NCBI GenBank assembly: GCA_041742355.1
Contig: JBGSIV010000274.1
Coordinates: 1 to 24,237, forward strand
DNA: 24,237 bases
Direction: 5' to 3'
DNA from: Candidatus Zixiibacteriota bacterium
Lineage (GTDB): Bacteria > Zixibacteria > MSB-5A5 > GN15 > FEB-12
Within the stretch, counting starts at the first letter, position 1; each line of letters starts with the position of its first letter. Shown piece by piece: positions 1 through 8,032 of this stretch. The position numbers and the translations under genes were made by a program. The notes beneath the pieces are model-generated. The model was not told the DNA's origin, did no database searches, and saw only the letters and a list, made by a program, of their open reading frames with translations.

Positions 1-619
1 TGCCGGTGACGACGCCCGGGACAGCGTGGGCGGCGCGCATGGAATAGGTGTCCATGAACCAAGCCATTACCTGCGGGCCGGTGCCGACATCGGGCGCCGG
101 GACATCGGTTTCAGGGCCGAAGAGGTCGGCCATGTCGGCGGCGTAGCGCCGGGTGAGGCGTTCGAGTTCGCTGGGGGAAAGTTTGGTCGGGTCGCACACA
201 ACCCCGCCTTTGCCGCCGCCGAACGGGATGTTGACCACGGCGCACTTCCAGGTCATCCAGGAGGCGAGGGCCTGGACCTCGTCGAGGGTAACATCGGGGT
301 GGTAGCGGATGCCGCCTTTGGCCGGCCCCCGGGCGACCGAGTGCTGAACGCGGTAGGCGGTGAACATGCGCCAGGAGCCATCGTCCATGCGGCAGGGCAG
401 GTTCATCATGGTGCTGCGGCGGGGGAGTTTTATGAAGTTGAGCAGGTCGGTCTCGAGGTTGAGTTTGGCGGCCGCGGCATCGAACTGCTTCATGACGTTG
501 CCGAAGACGGAAATGGGAATGGTGCGGTCTTTGAACGACACGAGGTTGGATGCGTTCGGCCTTTTTTGCCTTGGTTTTTCGGGTGCGCCAATGGTCCTGG
601 CGCGGGTGGTTTTTGCCAC
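1..619 (-). CDS. gdhA: Glu/Leu/Phe/Val dehydrogenase (glutamate dehydrogenase), 5' part; runs off the window edge
   Basis: Not in the ORF track. Manual translation from GTG at 619 (GAGAGGAA upstream) gives MAKTTRART...[51 protein letters not shown]...DVPAPDVGT...WFMDTYS, the canonical GDH motifs. Confidence 0.95.
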   Translation of the reverse strand, partial: MAKTTRARTIGAPEKPRQKRPNASNLVSFKDRTIPISVFGNVMKQFDAAAAKLNLETDLLNFIKLPRRSTMMNLPCRMDDGSWRMFTAYRVQHSVARGPAKGGIRYHPDVTLDEVQALASWMTWKCAVVNIPFGGGKGGVVCDPTKLSPSELERLTRRYAADMADLFGPETDVPAPDVGTGPQVMAWFMDTYSMRAAHAVPGVVTG

Positions 620-641
620 GATACGTTCCTCTCTCGAGCAG

Positions 642-1235
642 TTATCCGGGTCTTGACACGGAGGCGGCGTTCTTGTCGTAGAAGCGCCACGGCCGGTCGG
701 TAGCGGTGCGGATCCCGATGCGGGCCGAAGTGCCGATTTCCGCAACACGGAAATTCCGGTCTTCAAGATACAGTATGTTGCCGGTCAGATCAAGGTTGTT
801 TTGCTCCCTGTTCAAGTCGAAGGCGCGGCAGAACTTCCCCGGGCCGTTGAGGATCTGGTGGATCTTCGTGCTGGTGGCGCGGGCGCGCATGAGTTCGATG
901 CCTTCGACCGGCTCGGCGGCGCGCAGGAGGACAGCGGCGGCGCGGCCCGCAGGCTCAGTTACGAAATTGAGGCAGTAGTAGACGCCGTAGATGAAGTAGA
1001 TGTAGCTGAACCCGGGGGGGCCGAACATGACGTCGTTGCGCAGAGTGCGCCCACGGTGGGCGTGGCAGGCCGGATCATCCTCACCAACGTAGGCCTCGGT
1101 TTCGGTAATGCGGGCGACGAGGGGGCCGTCGGGGGAGTTGTAAACGATGAATTTGCCGAGGAGGTCGGGGGCGACCTCAAGGGTGGGACGGGCGTAGAAC
1201 GAGCGCGGGAGCCTCTTCGCTTTAGCGGCCGTCAT
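642..1235 (-). CDS. mpg: DNA-3-methyladenine glycosylase (MPG/AAG family)
   Basis: Motifs [60 protein letters not shown]. Confidence 0.93.
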   Translation of the reverse strand: MTAAKAKRLPRSFYARPTLEVAPDLLGKFIVYNSPDGPLVARITETEAYVGEDDPACHAHRGRTLRNDVMFGPPGFSYIYFIYGVYYCLNFVTEPAGRAAAVLLRAAEPVEGIELMRARATSTKIHQILNGPGKFCRAFDLNREQNNLDLTGNILYLEDRNFRVAEIGTSARIGIRTATDRPWRFYDKNAASVSRPG

Positions 1236-1244
1236 GCCCGTTGC

Positions 1245-2090
1245 CTACTCCCCGTAATACGGCGCGGTGTGGGCGATCAGGGGCGCGGCGGCATCGAAAT
1301 CCAGGCCAACCTGTTCGGGTTTGTGGGAATCGGAGCCGAGTCGTTCGATGCGGACGCCGGCGCGGCGGGCGGCATGGACTATCGAGGGGGTGGGATAGTA
1401 GTCCTTCAAGCCGTGGCGGATGGCGGAGGTGTTGATTTCGAGGGCCGTATCGGTGGCGACGCAGGCATCGAAGAGGGCCGGGAGGTACTGCTGGTGCAGG
1501 GTGCCGAGGACAGGGCCGTAGTGGGCCTCGCCGTAGCGCCGGTAGTAGGTGAGGTGGGCGATGGCGCTGAAGAGGCCGGTGCGGGCGGCGGCGGCGGCCT
1601 GGCGGAAATACTCCTCGACCAGCCACTCGGGGGTGGCGCGGCCGAGGTGGCGTTCGATGTCACGGGAGCAGATGCAGACATCGCCGACGTCGTGGATGCC
1701 GCAGAGGATGTAGTCGAAGGGGTACTTCTTCCTCACTTCGATGACGGATTCCTCGCACCCGGGCCACCAGCCGATTTCGACGCCGAGTTTGACGGTGAGA
1801 CCGTGGGGGTAGAATTCGTCGTGCGCGCGCAGGACATCGTCGACATACGGCGCGAGCATATCGGGGGAGGTGCGCATACGTTTGCCGTTGATCAGGATAT
1901 AGCAGTCGATCGCATCGGAGGCCGGGTTCATGTCGTAGTGGGTGGTGAAGCAGATTTCCGCGAGGCGGCGCTTCAGGGAGGCCTCGCAGTAGTCGCGGAT
2001 GGCACCGATGGCGTCGACCGAGTAGTCGCAGTGCATGTGGAAGTCGCTCAACTGCGGGGTGTCGAGCGGCTGGATCCGAATGTCAGACAA
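1245..2090 (-). CDS. PHP-domain phosphatase, histidinol-phosphatase HisJ family
   Basis: PHP metal motifs DFHMH, FTTH, GVE, GIH, AHL, LEINTS, GSDSH; overlaps the upstream gene by 8 nt. Confidence 0.85.
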   Translation of the reverse strand: MSDIRIQPLDTPQLSDFHMHCDYSVDAIGAIRDYCEASLKRRLAEICFTTHYDMNPASDAIDCYILINGKRMRTSPDMLAPYVDDVLRAHDEFYPHGLTVKLGVEIGWWPGCEESVIEVRKKYPFDYILCGIHDVGDVCICSRDIERHLGRATPEWLVEEYFRQAAAAARTGLFSAIAHLTYYRRYGEAHYGPVLGTLHQQYLPALFDACVATDTALEINTSAIRHGLKDYYPTPSIVHAARRAGVRIERLGSDSHKPEQVGLDFDAAAPLIAHTAPYYGE

Positions 2091-2724
2091 TGTGACCGCC
2101 TGAAAGGAAGGGGTTATTGGTCTTCTCGCCGCCGATGGTGGTCGACGGGCCGTGGCCCGGGAAGCAGGTCACGCCGGGGGGCAGGGTGAGGAGCTGGCGT
2201 TCGATGGAGTCGATGAGCTGTTCGTGGGAGCAGCCGGGGAAGTCGGTCCGTCCGACGGAGCCCCAGAACAGGGTATCGCCGCAGAAGAGGTTGCCGGCGC
2301 GTTCATCGAGGTAGCAGATCCCGCCGGGCGAATGGCCGGGCGTGGCCAGAACCCGCAGTTCGATCGGGCCGAGCTGGACCAGTTCGTTGTCTTTCAGGAG
2401 GGTGTCGGGGGTCGGGGCGGTGAGCGGGTTGCCCACAAAAGTCGACATATTGAGGCTCGGGTCGGCCAGCAAGACTTCCTCTCCCTTGCCGGCGAACAAC
2501 GGAATTCGGTAGTGGGTCATAATGGGGGCGACGGCGGCGATGTGATCGGCGTGGCCGTGGGTGAGGAGTACGGCCAAGGGACGAAACCCGGCTTTGTCGA
2601 CAGCTTTGATGATCACCTGTTCTTCGGCGCCCGGGTCGATGATGACCCCCTCGCGGGCGGTTTCATCGTAGTAGAGGTAGCAGTTGACCTGAAAGGGGCC
2701 AACGACGATGGTTTTGACTTTCAT
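2083..2724 (-). CDS. MBL-fold metallo-hydrolase (glyoxalase II-like, YcbL/GloC type)
   Basis: THGHADH motif, TPGHSPG, GDTLF, GRTDFPG, PGHG. Confidence 0.9.
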   Translation of the reverse strand: MKVKTIVVGPFQVNCYLYYDETAREGVIIDPGAEEQVIIKAVDKAGFRPLAVLLTHGHADHIAAVAPIMTHYRIPLFAGKGEEVLLADPSLNMSTFVGNPLTAPTPDTLLKDNELVQLGPIELRVLATPGHSPGGICYLDERAGNLFCGDTLFWGSVGRTDFPGCSHEQLIDSIERQLLTLPPGVTCFPGHGPSTTIGGEKTNNPFLSGGHIV

Positions 2725-2733
2725 AAGGTATGC

Positions 2734-2761
2734 AAGATACCTACCCGAATGGACTTGTCAA
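2734..2761 (-). promoter_or_regulatory. sigma70-type promoter for the MBL-PHP-mpg-gdhA run
   Basis: Minus strand TTGACA-N16-TATCTT, 9 nt before the ATG at 2724; no SD. Confidence 0.6.
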
Positions 2762-2794
2762 CTCTCTTTTCCGGGTGCGGATCGGGGCGGGACT

Positions 2795-2812
2795 TTGTGA
2801 AAAAATTAACAT
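2795..2812. promoter_or_regulatory. Rex/CRP-like operator in the divergent promoter region
   Basis: TTGTGAA-AAAA-TTAACAT, similar to the palindrome at 20234-20253. Confidence 0.4.
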
Positions 2813-2828
2813 TTTGTCGGGTTTAGGA

Positions 2829-2857
2829 TTGACCCCGTACATTCAACGCGATATATT
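2829..2857 (+). promoter_or_regulatory. sigma70-type promoter of prfB-pta-aminotransferase-pckA
   Basis: TTGACC-N17-TATATT, followed by GGAGG (2873-2877) and ATG at 2888. Confidence 0.7.
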
Positions 2858-2887
2858 TAACCCTTTCTTACTGGAGGAAACGGCGAG

Positions 2888-4019
2888 ATGCTTGCAGAGT
2901 TGAGAAACAGCATTCCCGGCCTCAAGGGGCGCCTCGAAAAACTAGCGAGGTATCTTTGACTTAGAGGCGCGTCGGGAGAAAGCAAAAACCCTCGAAGAGG
3001 CCACGTCGGCCCCCGATTTCTGGGGGGACAACCAGCGGGCCCAGGCGATCCTCAAAGAGGCTGCGGTCCACAAGAAGTGGATCGAACGACACCAGCGCCT
3101 GCACTCCGACCTGACGGCAATCGAGGAGCTCCTCGAAATGGCCGATCCCCAGACCAATCCCGCGGAACTGACCGAGCTTGAGGTCGCGCTTTCCGGTATC
3201 AGCGAAGAAATCGAGAAGCTGGAATCCTCGGCCCTGCTTTCGGGGCCGGATGATTTCCGCGATGCTATTGTGACGATACATCCCGGCGCAGGCGGCACGG
3301 AGTCGCAGGACTGGGCGGACATGCTTTTCCGGATGTACAACCGGTGGTCCGAGCGCAACGGGTTTACGATCGAGCTGATGGACTACCAGCCGGGGGATGA
3401 AGCGGGGCTGAAGTCGGCGACGATGGAGATCAAGGGAGAATATGCGTTCGGCTACCTGAAGGCCGAGTCGGGCGTGCATCGCCTGGTGCGCATCTCCCCG
3501 TTCGACGCCGCGGCGCGGCGGCATACCTCGTTTGTCTCGGTGCATGTCTACCCCGTTGTCGAGGGGAATATCGAGATTGAGATCAAGGACGAGGATGTGC
3601 GGGTGGATACGTACCGCGCTTCGGGCGCGGGGGGCCAGCATGTCAACAAGACCTCGTCGGCCATACGGCTGACCCATATCCCGACCGGCATCGTGGTGAC
3701 CTGCCAGACCGAGCGCAGTCAGCACAAGAACAAGGATGCCGCGTTCATGGTCCTCAAGTCCCGCCTCTACCAGCTGCAGAAGGAAGAAGATCTGAAGAAA
3801 ATGGCCAAGTTCGAGGACGCCAAGAAGAAGATCGAGTGGGGATCGCAGATCCGTTCGTACGTTTTCCAGCCGTACCAGATGGTCAAGGACCACCGCACCG
3901 ATGTCGAGACGGGGAACGTGCAGGCGGTGATGGACGGCGAGTTGAACAACTTCATACAGGCGTACCTGACCGACCCGGAACTAAACGATAGCCTCGGCGC
4001 TCTGGCGCCGTCTGAATAA
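2888..4019 (+). CDS. prfB: Peptide chain release factor 2, translated via a programmed +1 frameshift (about 376 aa)
   Basis: A 23-codon ORF0 (MLAELRNSIPGLKGRLEKLARYL) ends at CTT-TGA-C. The +1 frame continues DLEARREK..PDFWGD into the 3138-4019 ORF, which has the SPF and GGQ motifs. Confidence 0.97.
2945..2960 (+). other. RF2 +1 frameshift cassette
   Basis: GCGAGG-TAT-CTT-TGA-C: internal SD-like GAGG, 3-nt spacer, then CTT TGA C. Confidence 0.93.
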
Positions 4020-4051
4020 TAACAATAGATAAAGCCTTTGGGGAGTGCATC

Positions 4052-5044
4052 ATGGATGCGGTATCAGTCATAAAGGAACGGGCGAAGAAGAAACACGGAA
4101 CCGTTGTGCTGCCGGAAGGGGCCGAGCCGCGCACAATACAGGCGGCGAAGAAACTGGTGGCCGAGAAGATCGCGAAGGTGATTCTGCTCGGCAATCCGTC
4201 CGCGATCGAGAAAGAGGCGAAGGCGCATGGCCTGGACCTCGAGACGGTGCAGGTAGTACACCCGCCCAAACACGCCGATTTCGACGCGTACGCGGGCGAG
4301 CTGTACGAGATGCGCAAGGCCAAGGGGATGACGCTGGAGCAGGCCCGGGAGGCGATGTGCACCGAGCTGTACTACGGCGCGATGCTCGTGCGGCACGACA
4401 AGGCGGACGCCTCGGTGGCGGGTGCGATCAACACCACCGGCAACGTGCTGCGGGCGGCTATCCACTGTCTCGGCCTGAAGCAGGGGATCAACACGGTCTC
4501 GAGCTGCTTCCTCATGACGATCCCGGAGTACCGGGGTGAGAAGAACAAAGTGTTCGTGTTCGCCGACTGCGCGGTGGTGCCGAATCCGACGCCCGAGCAG
4601 CTGGCATCGATTGCGGTTTCCTCCTCGGACACGCTGAAGTTCCTGCTGGGTGAGGATCCGCGGGTGGCGATGCTGTCGTTTTCGACCAAGGGGTCGGCGA
4701 AGCATGAGGATGTGGACAAGGTGCTGGCCGCACTGGACATCCTGAAGAAGAATTATCCGGACCTGAAGGTTGACGGCGAGTTCCAGCTCGATGCCGCGAT
4801 TGTTCCGGAAGTCGGCGCGAAGAAAGCGCCGGGTTCGGCGATCGCCGGCACGGCGAATGTGCTGGTCTTCCCCGATCTCGATGCGGGCAATATCGGGTAC
4901 AAGCTGACGCAGCGGCTGGCCAACGCCACCGCGACGGGTCCGATCATTCAGGGCCTGGCCAAACCGGCTAATGATTTATCACGCGGCTGCTCGGTCGACG
5001 ACATCGTCGACGTCAGCGCCATAGCGACACTCTTGCGAGGGTAG
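4052..5044 (+). CDS. pta: Phosphate acetyltransferase
   Basis: VLPEGAEPR, FADCAVVPNP, RVAMLSFSTKGS, DGEFQLDAA, FPDLDAGNIGYK, GPIIQGLAKPANDLSRG. Confidence 0.95.
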   Translation: MDAVSVIKERAKKKHGTVVLPEGAEPRTIQAAKKLVAEKIAKVILLGNPSAIEKEAKAHGLDLETVQVVHPPKHADFDAYAGELYEMRKAKGMTLEQAREAMCTELYYGAMLVRHDKADASVAGAINTTGNVLRAAIHCLGLKQGINTVSSCFLMTIPEYRGEKNKVFVFADCAVVPNPTPEQLASIAVSSSDTLKFLLGEDPRVAMLSFSTKGSAKHEDVDKVLAALDILKKNYPDLKVDGEFQLDAAIVPEVGAKKAPGSAIAGTANVLVFPDLDAGNIGYKLTQRLANATATGPIIQGLAKPANDLSRGCSVDDIVDVSAIATLLRG

Positions 5045-5049
5045 GACTA

Positions 5050-6267
5050 ATGAGCATCAGCCAACTTGCCCGGGAGGTCAAAGAGTCGCCGACCCTCAAG
5101 CTCAACGAGGCGGCCCGCCTGTTGAAGGAGCGCGGCGAACCGGTGATTCACCTGGGTGCAGGGGAGCCGAAGAGTCGGGTCCCGATTGACGCCGTGCTTG
5201 CGAGCGCGGCGAAATTGACCTCCGCTGAAATCCGGTACACGCCGACCGAGGGGATTCCCTCGCTCATCAAGGCGATCATCCGGTACACCGAGGAGAACTA
5301 CAACAAGGTTGTCGGCCCCCGCAATGTCGTCGTGTTTTCCGGCGCAAAGCAGGCGTTCTACAACCTCATGTTCACGCTGATCAACCCGCAGGATGAGGTG
5401 ATCATTGTCGCGCCGTACTGGGTGAGCTATCCGGAGATCGTGCGGATGGTCTACGGCGTGCCGGTGATAGTGACGCCGGAGAGCGGGCGGTTCGAGCCGA
5501 CGATCGAGGATATCACGCAGCAGGTCAGCTCGTACACCAAGGCGATCGTGATCAACAGCCCGAACAATCCGTCGGGTGCCGTCTACAGTGAGGAGTTCAT
5601 TGCGCAGATAGTCGAGTACTGCGAGCGCAAGGGGATCTACCTCGTCATGGATGACATCTATCACAAGCTCGTGTTCGGTGGCGGCAAGTGGGCGCCCTGC
5701 TACAAGTACGCGAAGGACGATTCGGACAATTCGCGGCTGATCGTGATCAACGGCGTCTCGAAGTCGTACGCCATGACCGGGTTCCGGATCGGCTGGACGG
5801 TGGCGAACAAGGCGGTGACGGCGGCGATGGTGAATGTGTCGGCGCAGAATACCTCGTGCCCGTCGGTGGTGGCGCAGTCGGCCGCGGCCGGGGCGCTCAC
5901 GGGCGTGCAGAGCAGTGTGGAGAGCCTTCGCCTGACGCTGGAGAACAACGCCAAGGTCATGATGAACGAGCTCAAGGCGTTCAACGGCGTGTGTATCATC
6001 GAGCCGAAGGGAACGTTCTACTGCCTGCCGGATTTCCGGGCGTACGAGAAGGATTCGGTGAAGCTGTCCAAGATGCTCCTGGATCGCGCCCGGGTGGTGG
6101 CGGTTCCCGGCAAGGAGTTCGGCCTCGAGGGGTACCTCCGGCTGTCCTACTGCGGGACGATCAAGGAGATCAAGGAGGGCGTCGCGCGCATCAAGTGGGC
6201 CCTCGATCCTGAGTCGCCGAATGAAATCTACATTGGCGACCGCAAATACCGGAGGGACTGGAAATGA
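5050..6267 (+). CDS. PLP-dependent class I/II aminotransferase (aspartate aminotransferase-like), AT1
   Basis: GEP, YTPTEG, GAKQA, PYWVSY, NSPNNPSG, DDIY, SKSYAMTGFRIG (PLP lysine). Confidence 0.92.
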   Translation: MSISQLAREVKESPTLKLNEAARLLKERGEPVIHLGAGEPKSRVPIDAVLASAAKLTSAEIRYTPTEGIPSLIKAIIRYTEENYNKVVGPRNVVVFSGAKQAFYNLMFTLINPQDEVIIVAPYWVSYPEIVRMVYGVPVIVTPESGRFEPTIEDITQQVSSYTKAIVINSPNNPSGAVYSEEFIAQIVEYCERKGIYLVMDDIYHKLVFGGGKWAPCYKYAKDDSDNSRLIVINGVSKSYAMTGFRIGWTVANKAVTAAMVNVSAQNTSCPSVVAQSAAAGALTGVQSSVESLRLTLENNAKVMMNELKAFNGVCIIEPKGTFYCLPDFRAYEKDSVKLSKMLLDRARVVAVPGKEFGLEGYLRLSYCGTIKEIKEGVARIKWALDPESPNEIYIGDRKYRRDWK

Positions 6268-7934
6268 CCCAGTACATCATAGATGTCAAGACGCCCGCGC
6301 AGAAGGAGGCGGGTTCGGTCAAGAGCGATTACGGCCTGGAGAACCACGGGCTGATCCACCTCCACAATGTTTACTGGAACCTTCCGGACGAAGCGCTCTA
6401 CGAGGAGATCGTGTTCCGGGGCGAGGGGAAGATGACGAAAGGCGGGGCGCTGACGGTCAACACCGGCAAGCACACCGCCCGTTCGGCCAACGACAAGTTT
6501 GTCGTCAAGGAACCCACGACCGAGGACAAGATCTGGTGGGGCGAGTATAACCGTCCCTTCAGCCTCGACAAGTTCCACGGGGTCTGGAACCGCCTGCAGG
6601 GATTCCTGCAGGGGCGCGATCTGTTTGTCCAGGACTGCTATGCCGGTGCGGACAAAAACTATCGCCTGCCGGTGCGGATTATCACCGAATACGCCTGGCA
6701 TTCGCTCTTCGTGCGAAACATGTTCATCACGCCAGAGACGAATGACGAGCTTCGGCACTTCATACCCGAATTCACGATCGTGTCGATTCCGTCGTTCAAG
6801 TCGCTGCCACAGATCGACGGTACGCTGTCGGAGACGTTTATCCTGCTCAATTTCGACGAGAAGCTGTGTGTGATCGGCAACTCCGGCTACGGCGGGGAGA
6901 TCAAGAAAGCGGCCTTCACAGTCATGAACTTCCTGCTCCCCCTCGAGGGTGTGCTGTCGATGCACTGCTCGGCCAATGTCGGCCCCAAGGGGGACTCGGC
7001 GCTGTTTTTCGGGTTGTCGGGCACGGGTAAGACGACGCTGTCGGCCGACCCGAACCGTGGCTTGATTGGCGACGACGAGCACGGCTGGAGCGATGAGGGG
7101 ATCTTCAATGTCGAAGGGGGTTGTTACGCCAAGGTAATCGCCCTCTCCCCCACCGCCGAACCGCAGATTTACGCGTGCACGCACAAGTTCGGGACGATCC
7201 TGGAGAATGTCGTGTTCGATCCGGTGTCGCGCTATCTCGACCTGGATGACGAGCGGCTGACGGAGAATACGCGCGCGGCGTATCCGCTGGAGTTCATCGA
7301 CAACGCTGTGCCGGAGAAGATGGCGGGGCATCCGAAGAATATCGTGATGCTCACCTGCGATGCCTCGGGCGTAATGCCGCCGATCGCGCGGCTGACGCCG
7401 GAGCAGGCGATGTACCACTTCATCTCGGGGTATACCTCGAAGGTAGCCGGTACGGAAGTCGATCTCGGCAAAGAGCCGGAGGTGACGTTCTCGGCCTGTT
7501 TTGGGGCGCCGTTCATGGTGCACCACCCGGCGTACTACGCGGAGCTTCTGCGCAACAAGATGGAGAAATACGGCGCGGAGTGCTGGCTGGTGAACACCGG
7601 CTGGACCGGCGGGCAGTACGGAATCGGCAAGCGCATGAGTATCAAGCACACGCGGGCGCTGTTGAACGCAGCGCTGGACGGCTCGTTGCTCAAAGTCGAC
7701 TTCCGGACCGATCCGGTGTTCGGGTTTGCCGTTCCTAAGACGTGCGAGGGGGTGCCGGACAAGGTGCTTCGCCCGATCGATACGTGGGAAGATCCGAAGG
7801 CGTACGAGGACAAGTACGCGCAGTTGGCCGCGCTCTTTATCGAGAACTTCAAGAAGTTCGCGGAGGGTTGTCCGGAAGAGGTTGTCAAAGCCGGACCGAC
7901 GAAGGACGGCGTGGGCAAGCTGCGGACGGCATGA
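6264..7934 (+). CDS. pckA: Phosphoenolpyruvate carboxykinase (ATP)
   Basis: YGGEIKK, MHCSAN, FFGLSGTGKTTLS, LIGDDEHGW, EGGCYAK, TENTRAAYP, FSACFGAPF; ATGA overlap with AT1. Confidence 0.97.
   Translation: MTQYIIDVKTPAQKEAGSVKSDYGLENHGLIHLHNVYWNLPDEALYEEIVFRGEGKMTKGGALTVNTGKHTARSANDKFVVKEPTTEDKIWWGEYNRPFSLDKFHGVWNRLQGFLQGRDLFVQDCYAGADKNYRLPVRIITEYAWHSLFVRNMFITPETNDELRHFIPEFTIVSIPSFKSLPQIDGTLSETFILLNFDEKLCVIGNSGYGGEIKKAAFTVMNFLLPLEGVLSMHCSANVGPKGDSALFFGLSGTGKTTLSADPNRGLIGDDEHGWSDEGIFNVEGGCYAKVIALSPTAEPQIYACTHKFGTILENVVFDPVSRYLDLDDERLTENTRAAYPLEFIDNAVPEKMAGHPKNIVMLTCDASGVMPPIARLTPEQAMYHFISGYTSKVAGTEVDLGKEPEVTFSACFGAPFMVHHPAYYAELLRNKMEKYGAECWLVNTGWTGGQYGIGKRMSIKHTRALLNAALDGSLLKVDFRTDPVFGFAVPKTCEGVPDKVLRPIDTWEDPKAYEDKYAQLAALFIENFKKFAEGCPEEVVKAGPTKDGVGKLRTA
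7830..7874 (+). repeat. 45-bp direct repeat, left copy (inside the pckA 3' end)
   Basis: GCGCTCTTTATCGAGAACTTCAAGAAGTTCGCGGAGGGTTGTCCG is identical to 13750-13794. Confidence 0.95.
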
Positions 7935-7957
7935 TTGCCGCGTGAGCACAGTGAACA

Positions 7958-7998
7958 GAAGAAAGGCACGACCCTCGGAGGGCCGTGCCTTCTTTTTT
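7958..7998. terminator. Intrinsic, probably bidirectional terminator between pckA and propeller gene 1
   Basis: AAGAAAGGCACGACCCTC-G-GAGGGCCGTGCCTTCTTTTTT hairpin with A-rich and T-rich flanks. Confidence 0.85.
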
Positions 7999-8032
7999 CA
8001 ATTGCAGTGTCGCGTTAGTCGGTACCGCGGAG

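Noticed and set aside
26..2189. Long plus-strand ORFs 26-703 and 801-2189, and similar antisense ORFs elsewhere (2961-3893, 6228-7949, 20218-21384)
   Set aside because: They are shadows of well-supported genes on the opposite strand, expected at high GC, with no recognisable motifs.
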